Source: Eledone cirrhosa (taxonomy: Eukaryota). Taken from it: a DNA stretch of 64,000 nt. A program made the translations under genes and the position numbers. The DNA lies in assembly GCA_964016885.1 (NCBI GenBank), contig OZ024740.1, positions 396,490,001-396,554,000 on the forward strand, read 5' to 3'. The notes under the pieces were generated by a model, which did no database searches, was not told the DNA's origin, and saw nothing but the letters and a program-made list of their open reading frames with translations. The number at the start of each line of letters is the position of its first letter. Position 1 is the first letter of the stretch. This document shows positions 13,466 to 25,933 of the stretch, piece after piece.

Positions 13466-16061
13466 TTGATGCTTTCGACAGTAAGGAAGAGCATTTAGAG
13501 TCGGACAATATAGAGGGACAGTGGGAATTTCTGAAAGCAAACCTGCTGATGGCGACAGACGAAGTCTGTGGCTGGAGCAGGCCTGTAGGCAGGAGGAGAG
13601 TAACATGGTGGTGGAACAGTAGGGTGGAGGGGTCAATTAAGGCCAAAAAGCAGGCTTGGAAAGTATGGCGGGATGGGGGAAGTAGAGAAGACTATCAAGT
13701 GGCCAGGAGGGAGGCTAGGAGACAAGTGTACTTCGCAAGAAGGGAAGCAGAGGAAAGAAAGTTCAAGCATGTTCTACAACGCGAGGACCAAAAACGTGAG
13801 GTGTTCAGGATTGCTAGGCAATGTGTCAAGGAAAACCGTGATATTGTCGGGGAGAAGTGTGTATTTAATGATGATGGCATACTTGCCATCACCGACGCTG
13901 ATAAGAAGGTAGCTTGGAAGTGCCACTATGAAAGGCTACTAAATGAGGAGAATAAATGGGAGAAAGACAGTCTCCCCCACATCGACCCAAAAGAGGGACC
14001 AGCAGTGTTAGTCGAGGGTAGTATAATAAGTAAGGCAATCAAGGATATGAAGACGGGTAAGGCGGCTGGGCCTTCGGAAATAGTTGCTGAGATGCTGAAG
14101 GCATCTGGCTCGGTGGGACACACCTTGGTCACCCGGATAGTTAACCAAGTCGTACAGAATGGGGTTGTTCCGAAGGACTGGCATAGCAGCATCATCGTTA
14201 ACTGTTATAAGAGTAAAGGAGATGCCCTAGATAGGAGTAACTATAGAGGCATTAAACTAATCGACCAGGTCATGAAGGTCACGGAAAAAGTAATAGCGCA
14301 ACTAATCAGAGAGAGAATTGACCTAGATGAAATGCAGTTCGGGTTTGTGTCAGGCAAAAGTACCACAGACGCTCTTTTCATTGTACGTCAACTACAGGAG
14401 AAGTACCTAGCTAAAGGTAAACCCCTATACTTAGCTTTTGTCGACTTGGAGAAAGCCTTCGACAGAGTCCCCCGTTCCATTATCTGGTGGGCCCTTAGAA
14501 AACTAGGTGTCGACGAATGGCTTGTGAGAGCTATACAAGCCATGTATAAAGAAACAGTCAGCAAGGTTAGAATTAACAACGAATATAGTGAAGAGTTTAG
14601 CGTAAAAGTTGGCGACCATCAGGGCACTGTTCTCAGCCCCCTACTATTTATTATTGCCCTTCAGGCTATAACAGAGGAGTTCAAGACCGGCTGCCCATGG
14701 GAACTCCTATACGCAGACGACCTGACACTCATAGCTGAATCAATGGCCGAGCTAGAGAAGAAATTCCAAACATGGAAGCACGGCCTAGAATCAAAAGGCC
14801 TTAAAATTAACCTGGCTAAGACTAAAGTTCTAGTTTGTAGGAAAGAAAATAAGGCGCCGGTCCCTTCCAGGAAATGGCCATGCTCAGTGTGTAGGAAAGG
14901 CGTAGGTAGAAACTCCATTTTATGTCCCAAATGCAAAGTATGGGTGCATAAAAGATGTAGTGGGATCACAGGTAAGCTAACTAAGAACTTAGATTTTACA
15001 TGTGGGCGGTGCTCTGGTGCAATAAGTAGCAGCGAGTGCCCACAAAATACTAACTCTTTCAATTGCGCAGAGGGCTCCATAGAAATAGTGGACAGCTTCC
15101 ACTACCTGGGTGACAAAATCAGCAGTGGGGGAGGGTGCTCCGAAAGTACAGTAGCTAGAGTCAGAACTGGATGGAAAAAGTTCAGAGAGCTTATACCACT
15201 ATTAGCCGCTAAAGGGTTCTCCCTAAAAATGAAAGGCAGGTTGTATGATGCCTGCATACGAACAGCAATGTTGCATGGCAGTGAGACCTGGGCATTGTGC
15301 GCAGAGGATATACGCAGACTAGAGAGGAACGAAGCTTGCATGCTCCGCTGGATGTGTAATAGTAATATACGTGAACGGCAAAGCATAAACGAACTAAGGA
15401 AAAAATTAGAAATAAGAGGGATCAGATGTTGTTTACTCGAGAGAAGGCTACGTTGGTACAGACACGTGATGCGCATGAAAGTCGATAGCTGTATAACAAA
15501 GTGCAGGGCAATAAAGATAGACGGTAGCCACGGAATAGGCAGACCTAGAAAATCCTGGGACGAGCCGATAAACTCCGACCTCACACACTTACACCTCTCC
15601 AAGACAATGTCACTGGACCGAGACCTTTGGCGGTACTCAGTAATAGAGAAGACCCGCCTTACCTAAATACATAGTAAAACCTACTACAGCCAGTAGGCAT
15701 CTCTAACAAAATACACCCCCGTCCCACCACCCACACCCCCATCCACACCACCCCCTCCTATGTAAAGTTATGTTGGTGCCACAACACCCAGGCCGAAACA
15801 AATGAGATTGTGTAGGTGTCACGACAAAAAAACACACAGTCCACGCTGTAATGTGGCCGTGTAGGCAACACGGTAAAAACCTCCCAGCCCCACACTGTAA
15901 ATGTGGTTGGTGTTAGGAAGGGCATCCAACTGTAGAAAACCTGCCAGACAGTCCTATGCGAGCAAGACAATCACTCTTGCCTCAAGTGGGAATACCCCCG
16001 TCCAAACCCATGCAAGCGTGGAACACGGATGTTAAACGTTGATGATGATGATGATGATGAT
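13466..16061 (+). mobile_element. RTE family B, 5'-truncated, uninterrupted 705-aa RT/PHD/C-terminal ORF (13549-15666)
   Basis: Open frame with YADD and C4HC3 finger, (GAT)n tail, (TA)n flanks. Confidence 0.96.
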
Positions 16062-16107
16062 ATAAATATATATATATATAAATATATATATATAAATATA
16101 TATATAT

Positions 16108-16140
<33 letters not shown>

Positions 16141-16212
16141 AATATATGTATGTGTGTATATATGTATGATTGTGTGTATGTATATGTATGTATGTATATA
16201 TATATATATATA

Positions 16213-16512
16213 TATAATATATAAGATCAAAAGATGGTTAAAAGAGTTCCATATGTTGATTTAAAACTGCACTATTCACAAGTGTGTTTTAACCTTCATA
16301 TCATGTCTCCCTACTTTATCTGACGAAAACGCAAATGTTATTGCATGATGATATTTGTTTTTGAAATGCGCATAATAAAATACATGGAACTCTTCTAACC
16401 ATCTTTTGATCTTATATATTATTTATACTCCAGTCCTACAAACTGTAGAGTGCTACTTATCCGATATCTGCATTGCTTTATTGTACTACAATAAAACACA
16501 CCTCCTACATTA
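16213..16512 (+). mobile_element. Penelope-type cassette (same family as 59292-60270), short inverted arm, hammerhead at 16315-16379
   Basis: tttat-CTGACGA-aaac...gttttt-GAAA-TGCGCA-TA-ataaa. 16213-16255 is inverted against 16381-16421. Confidence 0.78.
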
Positions 16513-16982
16513 TATATACTCTTTTACTCTTTTACCTGTTTCAGCCATCCAGCTGAGGCCATGCTGGGGCACCGCCCTTGATATACATATATATATATAT
16601 ATGCATGTGTGTGTGTGCGTGTTTGTGTATTTGTGTGTATGTGTATGTATGGATATGTTGATATATATGTGTATGTAGATATATATATACATATATGTGT
16701 GTGTGTATGTATGTGTATATATATGTGTATGTATATATGTGTGTGTATGTAATTGTGTGTGTGTGTGTGTGCATGTGTTTATTTTTCCTTTCCTTTTTCC
16801 TTTTCCAGCCTCACTTTCATATAGATTATATTTTTGTTTTTAAAATCCAATGTCAATAAATACACCAGGATGTTTTCATTCTGATGATTGAAAGCAAAAT
16901 TTGTTTGCTTTTAAGAAACCACTGGTAAATGAAATAATTGCCTTATGTTGTTTATTACATAACTATATATATATATATATAT

Positions 16983-17578
16983 TAAAGCGATGAAATACCA
17001 ATGAAGGCTGGAAGATCACTGATGAAGGACTAAATTTATTCATATGTAACCCATTTGCAACCACGCAGCACGCCATGTTTTCATATATATATTTTCCTCC
17101 GCTGTGACCCGTCTGTTTCTTTCTTACTGTTTCCCCTTTTCTCTGTATCTCTCACTTCCTTTTATCCCCTCTACCAGTCACTCTCTTTGTTAGCCTCTTC
17201 CTCACACTTTCACTCTCTGCTACTCCCTCCCGTTTGACCTGTGCGAAATTCTTTCCTTACTCACATTTCGACCAGGTCGGATGGTCTTTATTCTCTCTCG
17301 TCTATGATTTCACAGAACTTATGTTCATCGATTTCAGAGACTTGACTCCTTCTTCCTCACTTTTCGTTGCATTACCATCTTTGTTTGTTTACTGTCTCGC
17401 TCGTTCCCCCTTTTTACGTGTCCCAACGAATTTCTTTAGCCGTTGCTCGCACCAACCAGAGGTATATGGTCTTTAAAGTGATGAAATACCAATGAAGGCT
17501 GGAAGATCACTGATGAAGAATAAACTTATTCATATGTAACCCATTTGCAACCACGCAGCACGCCATGTTTTCATATTT
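16983..17578 (+). repeat. ~105-bp direct repeats (16983-17087 / 17474-17576) around a pyrimidine-rich core, pLTR-like
   Basis: Near-identical repeats, each containing CTGATGA, inside (TA)n. Confidence 0.7.
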
Positions 17579-17639
17579 TTCATATAAATATATATATATA
17601 TATAAACAACTATATACAACTATATACAACTATATACAA

Positions 17640-18205
17640 CTACATAGGATCGACTTTTGCGAACCATAAATGCTCATTTTCGAACTCCACGAGGAAATCA
17701 TCCACTTCTTTATCACAGCTTATATGGTTATTAAAAGAGAAGAATTTAAGGTACTCAATTTTTTGGAATAGTGGAATTTACCGCAACTCAAGTATATCAA
17801 GTAATAATAATTTGTAGTATCCCACATTTTAAAATCTCTATAACTGTTACATTAAGCAGCGTTTTTCTTACTCATACATTCTCTATTGAATTTATTACGT
17901 TTTCGCATTTTCTCATTATTAGGGTATAAATGTAGAGTTTTCTCATAGGTTAATCACTACCTTTATTAAATCTTAACCATTTAACATCTCAGGGTATGTC
18001 ATGTATCATGATATTTTGTCTGATGAGGACGTACTGTTGTACCTCTGAAATATGTATAATAAAATTTAATTGATCAAAAGAACATCCATTTTATTAATAT
18101 TTGTATTTTAATATTAATAACTCTGGAAAATATTTTCTTGTAGAGTGCTTCCAATCTACTGTAAAACTCATTCTTTGATGTACTCATTGAATCTTGTTTA
18201 ACTCT
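17640..18205 (+). mobile_element. Penelope-like 3' relic: GIY-YIG fragment plus 3' region with hammerhead at 18013-18065
   Basis: YIGST..HKCSFSN...STSLSQLIWLLKEKN, followed by attttgt-CTGATGA-ggacgtactgttgtacctct-GAAA-tatgtaTA-ataaaat. Confidence 0.78.
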
Positions 18206-19934
18206 TTAATATATATAAATATATATATATATAAATGTGTGTATGTGTGTGTGTATATTTCTTGCCATAGAAGTCAACGAAACCATGTGACAAACACTAA
18301 CACAACAGGAATATACAAAACTTCGAAATAACATTAAGTTTATATTCATAAACAATACACCGGTCACAGAAGGACAGGAATTTTCTTTGTATGTACATGT
18401 ATTTACATGTAGTGAAACTTGTAAGCAAGATGTATTAGAGAGAAACAATTTGAATGGGTGAATATGGAGATACGATATAGTAAAGATATCACCTTGAAAT
18501 CTGGCATCCTCATCAACCTTTTGGTTTGGCTGTGGTAGTGTTGACCGGTCGACTGCTATAACTAACGTCTGTTGCCGAGTCCAAGAAATCCTTGTCATTG
18601 AGTGACTTGTCTTATATTAATATATCCAAACGTGTCGTTATTGTTATTTTCGTTTGAACGGAATATGGTATATGATACGAAAATATGTCGACACGCCGCG
18701 CATTTAACCAAGGAAGAATTTTTCTGCACACATACATATATAGCACAACGAGGACACAGAGACATCTATAAGACGCAGATACGTGGAGACACTGCAGTAA
18801 ACAATGCTCGTTTCTTCAACCATCCAATAAAGGTTACGTTGTCCAGCTTTTCTGTTTATGCGCACTCACTGTTCTGGGGCCAACTGGATTTTCCAGAATT
18901 GATGGGAAGAGACTAGATTGTCTCACCCTTTGTATCTGGGTTAGAGGCGGATGTCTTATCTGGGACCCACAGTTAGTGACTCTTTTGCTCCTTCCCACAT
19001 CACGGATTCTGCGGTAAATATGAGGGTCACTGCTTCCGTAGTCGAACGGAATAAAATCCTAACTTCGGGAGTATATTACATGTAAAAATTACACAATTAC
19101 CTCCAAAATACATGCCTCAATACACTAACTACAGTCACTCATACATCTGTCCTGCATATATGCATACACAGCACAACAACAAGCCCCTTACACAGAATCT
19201 TTTATCCAAATAGATCTACAGCTATAATGAACCTTCCTTCGCATAAGGGAAAAATACAAACAACCAACAATTCGGCATTCTCGCAAGTTTAGTGATTCTA
19301 TAGAGCAATCTCACAAGGGAAGCAACTCATGATGTCAATAGGATTTAAATCTTTATAGTTTAAATCTTTTTCTCTCACACTCTCGTGAGATACTATATTA
19401 GAAACATATATAGTAATTCAACCAAGACGCACACATACATATACACACACATGAAGTAATGTGTTTCATGTTCGTTAAAAAAATATTACATAAATAATAA
19501 CGAGTCGCCTCCCTTTATCTCGTTTTAGACAAATATTTTTACAGCATAGATAGAAAATAAGAAAAGATATTTTCCCAACTATATACATGGAAAGAAAATA
19601 AGATTAAACGAGGAATAAGGAATAATTGAGTTTACCAATCAAAGGTAAACATATAAGGTAACTCGTCATTTTATATTTTTTCACAAAGATAAAACTCGAC
19701 CTTACTTATTAACCCAACAATATGTATGTATGACAGTTTGGACCTATAAGCGAGCTAACTACTCTCACAATACTAAACGAATGTATATTTGTAATGGAGC
19801 GGTTGCACATGCTGTGTGTGTATTAAACATTGAAAATAATACATAAGTCAGAGATAGGTAGTAAATTAGTTGATTGTTTTACGATCGTTTCAAAGCGTTG
19901 ATTGGTCGTAGTAGATCAATATATATATATATAT

Positions 19935-20290
19935 ATTAGAAAGTGAGGTTTCTTTTACAAAATGAAAAATAACCGAGGTGTCCTACACAAGTGAAAGTAT
20001 AAAGAAAAAGAGATGAAATCGAAAATGCAACTGGAGTCTTATTTAAAAAAAATATATATATATTTATTTGGTTCCTTTACCGGTTTCGCAGTTCTTCTGC
20101 TTTTCAAAAGGTGAGTTGAGATGGAGGGTCTGTGGTTTTTCTCACATCTGTGAGAAAAACCACAGACCCTCCATCTCAACTCACCTTTTGAAAAGCAGAA
20201 GAACTGCGAAACCGGTAAAGGAACCAAATAAATATATATATTTAAAAAAAAAATAAGACTCCAGTTGCATTTTCGATTTCATCTCTTTTT

Positions 20291-20297
<7 letters not shown>
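19935..20297. mobile_element. 300-bp palindrome (19998-20297, 2-nt loop) with a hammerhead in each arm (20184-20221 +, 20074-20111 -)
   Basis: cctt-TTGAAAA-GCAG(aagaa)CTGC-GAAA-CCGG-TA-aagg, with (TA)n on both sides. Confidence 0.82.
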
Positions 20298-20347
<50 letters not shown>

Positions 20348-20519
20348 CATATATTCAGTTGGAGTAAAGAAAACATCAAAACTGAGAGGAGGCACAGTGG
20401 AGCAAGTTAATCATTGGGAAGGTTACAGAATATGTGATGGAAGAGTTTTGACAATTGAATAACCAGCCATTTACTAAACTAACCAAGAAATGGATAGGTT
20501 ACTTGACTAATAATGATTT

Positions 20520-20690
20520 CTAATTTATGCACAAGGCCAACAATTTTGGAGGAGGAGAAAATCGGTTAAATGGACCCCAGTGCCTGACTAGTACTTTGTT
20601 TTATCGACCCCGTAAAGATGAAAGGCAAAACTAACCTCGGCGGGATTTGAACTCAGAATATAAAGGGCTGTAACTATATACCACTAATCA
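20520..20690 (-). mobile_element. tRNA-SINE family 1, degenerate
   Basis: Reverse complement of the gcctttcatc...ggggtcgataaaa...gtac central domain and B box. Confidence 0.8.
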
Positions 20691-20989
20691 GTTTTGAGGT
20701 GATAGCGAAGCGAAGCGCTGGAATAACCAAGCACCCACGCGGGCATCACCTGATACGAACCTGAAAAAAATAGTTTGTCGATAATTCTTCGTGTTTAGTA
20801 GATTGGATCAGCAACTGGCGGGCCAATGAGAGATATGAATAATGCAAGTTGTACAGATTATTTCATATCAAAGTTCATGAACAATTTCCAGAAAATCTCA
20901 AAGTTTGATGTGTTGTTACAATAATCTATTTTTATATATTATTGAATTGATTGGTGTAGTGAATTCAAGGAAAGAATATATTTTCAACA

Positions 20990-21525
20990 TAGGTATATAT
21001 TTTCAACATAGTCCCCCTTGTGGTCCACACACTTCCATTGGTGTTACAGTGCATAGATCCCATTGGTGTTACAGTGCATACATCCCATTGGTGAAGAAGC
21101 GTTTATCCTGTTGGTTAAAACAGTCATCAACAGTAGATATAACGTCATCATCACTGCGATACTGGTTCCCATGACCTTGAATTATTTTCAAGACCCCCCC
21201 CCCCCTCCGATATTCAGCTGGCTATTTTAGTACTGTTGACAAAGCTGGAGCGTCACCCCCTAATGTAGCAGTCATGTCAGCTTGAATGCCCTTGGGGGTT
21301 AAACCAATTTTCTGCAGGTACTTTATAACAGCACGATACCAAATTTTGTCCATTTTCAAGAGAAGTCGCTACTAGTTACTTTTGAAGTCTTTTCAGCCAG
21401 ATATCAGTTTACCTGGACAGAAACAATGCAATTATCAACGAGAAGAGTTGAAATTAATGCAAAATTTTACAGCTGTATCATCACCCCTTCATAGTCAGCC
21501 AAAGAACTTTTCAGCCAACCTCCAT
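20990..21525 (-). mobile_element. Internally deleted mariner (Tc1/mariner) element
   Basis: From ATG at 21353 on - strand: MDKIWYRAVIKYLQKIGLTPKGIQADMTATLGGDAPALSTV. C-terminal GDYVE near 21005-21020. TIR-like end near 21495-21525. Confidence 0.8.
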
Positions 21526-22004
21526 ATTTTAACCACAAAAGCAGCATTATACAGAAAGTTAAATTCCGCCCCTTCTTTTTGGCCTTTTAAAGAGCTTAGT
21601 GCCTTGAAGGTGAATTAAATTAAATTTCTGTAAAAGTTGCGATTTCCTATTGGGAGAGTTTCCAAATCGCCTGAATAGACGTTCGCATATTATTAGAAAC
21701 TATTTTATCGATTTTGATAAATGAAAGATAAAGTGAATCAAAATAGTTGCCATGTTAACATTCCTCTTTGAATTTTTGCGCTCTCTGATCCCCTTTGTTT
21801 GATAAATACCGCTTTTAATACTACTGTTTAACATTTGGAGCTGTATATGGTAATAATTTGACGGTTTTTATCCCATAGCTCAGACCACAAAAGAGTATAA
21901 ATATTAATGGGATACAGTCCACTACTATAAACAATGTATGTATGTATGTATGTATGGCCTAAGCACAGAAAGTGAGAAAGAGATATAGAGGAAGAATCCA
22001 CTCC

Positions 22005-22145
22005 AGTACTAGACTGGTACTTTTTTTATCGATCCTGAAAGGATGAAAGGCAAAATCGACCTCGGCGGGATTTGAACTCAGAGAGCAAAAAGCTGGAACG
22101 AATACCATAAAAGCATTCAATCCGACGTTCTAACGACTCTGCCAC
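22005..22145 (-). mobile_element. tRNA-SINE family 1-related copy
   Basis: Reverse complement of the central domain and gagttcaaatccc B box. Confidence 0.75.
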
Positions 22146-23321
22146 ATATATTGCTTACTATAATCAATAGTAAGCATTATATAACTACATTGTTTTTATT
22201 CAAACATTTCTCATAGACGGACCCGGTGAAGTGAGTGAGGTATTCGGGAATCACCGAAGTAAAATGTTTAAATAAATGACTGCTGATAAAAAAGGAAGAA
22301 GAAAAAACTGCTACACTACCATAAATACTTTTGTTATAAGACAGGCGTCCAATCTCCGTTAAGAGAAAAACAAAACAAAATGAAAAAATGATTGTTATCG
22401 AGGGAAAACGTGTAAATAATACAACAATAACAACGGTAATGTCTGTACACTTCAAAATTCATGACATCTAAAATACCTATATTGTTTTCTCACTAAAGTA
22501 AAAGGCTACATTTCACAAAAATAGAAATCAGTTTATTACTGGTACTTGTTTTATCGACAACAAGGAATGAAAAATGCGGTCTACTTGAACTCTAACAGAT
22601 CTAACAACGCTGGTCAGTCATTCCTCGAGATACACGTGTCGTAGGGGCGTCCAGTTTATTTGATGATACAAACTTTGCAACATCATCAATACCAATATAT
22701 ATGGAATTTAATATATAAGTGATATTTTTGTAGGAAAATATCACTAAAAACCCCACCAACATTTTAGTGACAAAAATGCTTAACGCTTTGTTAAAAACTA
22801 ATTTACGGCAGAAAGTTTGTTGATATAGCAACCAATGATGTCAAGGTAGGTAATTACCAAACTTTTACTGTATTTACTTTGGATACGTAAATTGAAATAT
22901 TTGCGGAAACAAAAGAAGCACACACTATAGTAATGTAGAGTAATAAGTTATAAGCTCCTGGTCAGCTGTTTCTGTGGCTTCGTTTCGATTACCAGTGGTT
23001 TATCTTCTTTACTTATATAAGGACTCATGTCTTCGTAAGATATCAGATGATGTGACAGAAATGCAGTAAGAGTTTTTCGTGTCTCGGGTTTCAGTTCAAA
23101 TTCCATACTTAAGATCGACTTTTATAAAACAAGTACCTGTAACCTGTAGGATAGAATATATTGATGATAAGGCTTCCACAAAGAAAAAATACAAAAAAAA
23201 CAAAACTAAACACTCGACAGCAAATGTTCCTTTTAGGTAAGAACTCTAATTCCTGACAAAAATACACCTTGTGTTCGTGTTTGGAGAATATAGCAATATT
23301 CTTTGAATTTGGACAATACTG

Positions 23322-23392
<71 letters not shown>

Positions 23393-23499
23393 TTATCACC
23401 GTTTAACGTCTATTTTTCATATTGCATGGGTTAGACAGATTGTTACGTTCTGAAGGTAGACGGGTTAGGTGATCGCATCTTGCCTATAAGTTCCGTTTT

Positions 23500-24700
23500 T
23501 AGTTGGGCTCCAGGTCAATAACTCCAAATGTGAGCTCTGGATCCTCAACCACCCGGCTTCTCAACACCAACAGCTAATCGACCTGTCTGCAGAGTCCTTC
23601 CCTTCCATCGCCGTCCCTCCCCCGCCGGCTTCGTGCTCCTTAGGAGCCCCAATCACAGACTTTGCCTTCGAGTCAATCTTCCAATCGAAGATGGTTGGCC
23701 TTGAGCATCTGCTGAAGAATATCGAAGTTATCGAACTCCATCAAGGTTTGTTCATACTCAGGAACTACCTGTCTATTCCTAAGCTTCTGTATCTGCTCTC
23801 CAATATGGACTAGTTCCAACAGGGAGTTGGGTGAAGCTCTCCAGCAATGGAGTGAGTTGAGCTTGTCTCTTCCTGAGAAGGTGGAGGACAGTCGAAGTCA
23901 GAGAACTTGGGACAGCATAAGTTCCAAGGCCACCTTCGACTCCCTCTTTGTCCAGTCAGATCAGTTTGCAAGGTGACGCTTACTATCTGCCAGCGCCAAA
24001 TACTCAGGCGACTGGGTTAATGCCCTATCCGTGGCCAACGTCGGTGGCCTACTCAGCCTGGACATACTAAGTGTCTCCATCGCTCTCAGAGTAGGAGCTG
24101 ACGTCTGCATAGGTTTGAGGTGCTGATGCGGCAAGCTCCTCAACTCCACAGGCCTCCACGGTCTTTCTTGCTGCCTGAATGCCGGCTGCTTCGTACGTTA
24201 CACGGAGCTAAATCTCATTCTCAAGAGAGGTTTGGCCTGGGTGAACATCCCCTCAGTCTTGGAACTATCTGGATTGTCCAGAAGTGACGGTAAAAGACCT
24301 GATGGCCTTACCCTGTGCCCCTGGTTGAGAGCAGGTGCCTTGTCTGTGACATCACTGTTAGTGACTCTTTTTCTCTTTTCCACATCCTGGATGCTGCGGT
24401 TAGGACGAGAGCCACAGCTTCCGGAGCCGAGTGGAGTAAGGACCCTCAAATACTCTGATCTGTCGGCCAGCTACATTTTTCAGCCTGTGGCTTTCGAGAC
24501 GTTTGGGAGAGTCGGGCTGCTGACTGCGAGGTTCCTCTCTTTACTGGCGGCTAGCCTAATAGAGGTAACTGGCGAATATCTCGTGATGGCGTTTGGCTGT
24601 TCCAGCGCATTAGCCTCACCATCATCTGAGGCAACGCTGCGAGTGTGCTGGCTTGCCTCAAAAATCATTAGAGAGGTTGCCCAGTACTCCTCGCGACGTT
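23500..24700 (+). mobile_element. CRE-like non-LTR retrotransposon relic (zinc knuckle + restriction-like endonuclease)
   Basis: HGLSC...ELNLILKRGL..IPSVLE..GLSRSDGKRPDGLTLCPW...KYSDL..YIFQPVAFETFG, with many stops. Confidence 0.78.
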
Positions 24701-25484
24701 GCTGTCTTTTGCTCTGGTGTTGGTTCGGTTGTTCACCCCTTCCTTTACATTTTCTCTAATATTGTAACATTAAAAGAATATATCTTTCTGAATGAATCGT
24801 GAGCTATTTATAATGTTATCTAAGCATTTGTAATGTTATTTATGTATATATTTAAAACATATTTGTTATGTTATTCTACTGTAAATTTATTTATATGCTC
24901 TGTTTATATTTTCATTCTGCAAGAATTGCAAACGATTTGTAATGTTATTTATACAACTATGAACAAAACTAATAATTATTCGAGTTTGGTTTTCATGGCC
25001 TGATGACCGTCCTCTAACGCCCACCATTTTGGAGCCTATACTGGGAGCATTTTTCATGGCACCGTTGCTACCATCCTACAGACTGGAGGATATATTTTAT
25101 TGTGGCACAACTTTACAGAGTGGGATGGGTTTATTTTATCGTGGTACCACTCCTATTCTATTACAGCACTAGGATACTCGTTGTGTTTTTGCACAGGAAT
25201 AGAGATTGGGTGGGATGCAGGCTACATGTTACTTGCTTAGGGACTGGGGTATTCTACAGTGGGAAAGTAAGTGCCAGGTTGTGGAGGTGGCATTGAAGCA
25301 AGTGAGTGGTGTCTGATATTATATTGTGGGATGTGCCCAGCTTTTCACGTTGGCATGAGTTTGATTGGAAGCGGGGAAGAGAAGGTTTGCTCTGACTTTC
25401 CATGCTGATATGGGTTGGATGGGGAAGGGGAGAGGATGGGTGTGAGTAGGGATTTTGATATTAAGGAGGTTCATTAAGGCAAGG

Positions 25485-25914
25485 ACCAAGATCTTTGGTG
25501 CCACACAGTAATACTGAAAACCCGTCTTCCTTACATGCAAAGTTAACCTACAGTCACTAGGCACCTCTTAACCAAATATACACCCCAACACACCACCCCT
25601 ACTCCATCCTCCCACTCCCGCCAACACCACCCTTTCTCTATAAATTTATGTTGGTACAACAGAACATCGAGTCCAAACTAAAGAGGTTGTGTAGGTGTCA
25701 CGACAAAAAAAACACACAGTCCATGCTGTAATGTGGCCGTGAAGGTAACACAGTAAAAAGCTCCCAGTCCATACTGTAAATGTGGTTGGTGTAGAAAACC
25801 TGCCAGATAGTCCACATGGTCACCCGACCAATTTTGCCTCAACTGGGACAAATCCCGTCTAACCCATGCTAGTGTGGAAGATAGACGTTAAACAATGATG
25901 ATGATGATGATGAT
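25485..25914 (+). mobile_element. RTE family B-related 3' end
   Basis: 3' UTR similarity and (GAT)n tail. Confidence 0.85.
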
Positions 25915-25933
25915 ACAGTATATATATATATAT

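Noticed and set aside
20039-20256. Two near-identical 62-aa ORFs on opposite strands
   Set aside because: Artefact of the palindrome, with no coding signal.
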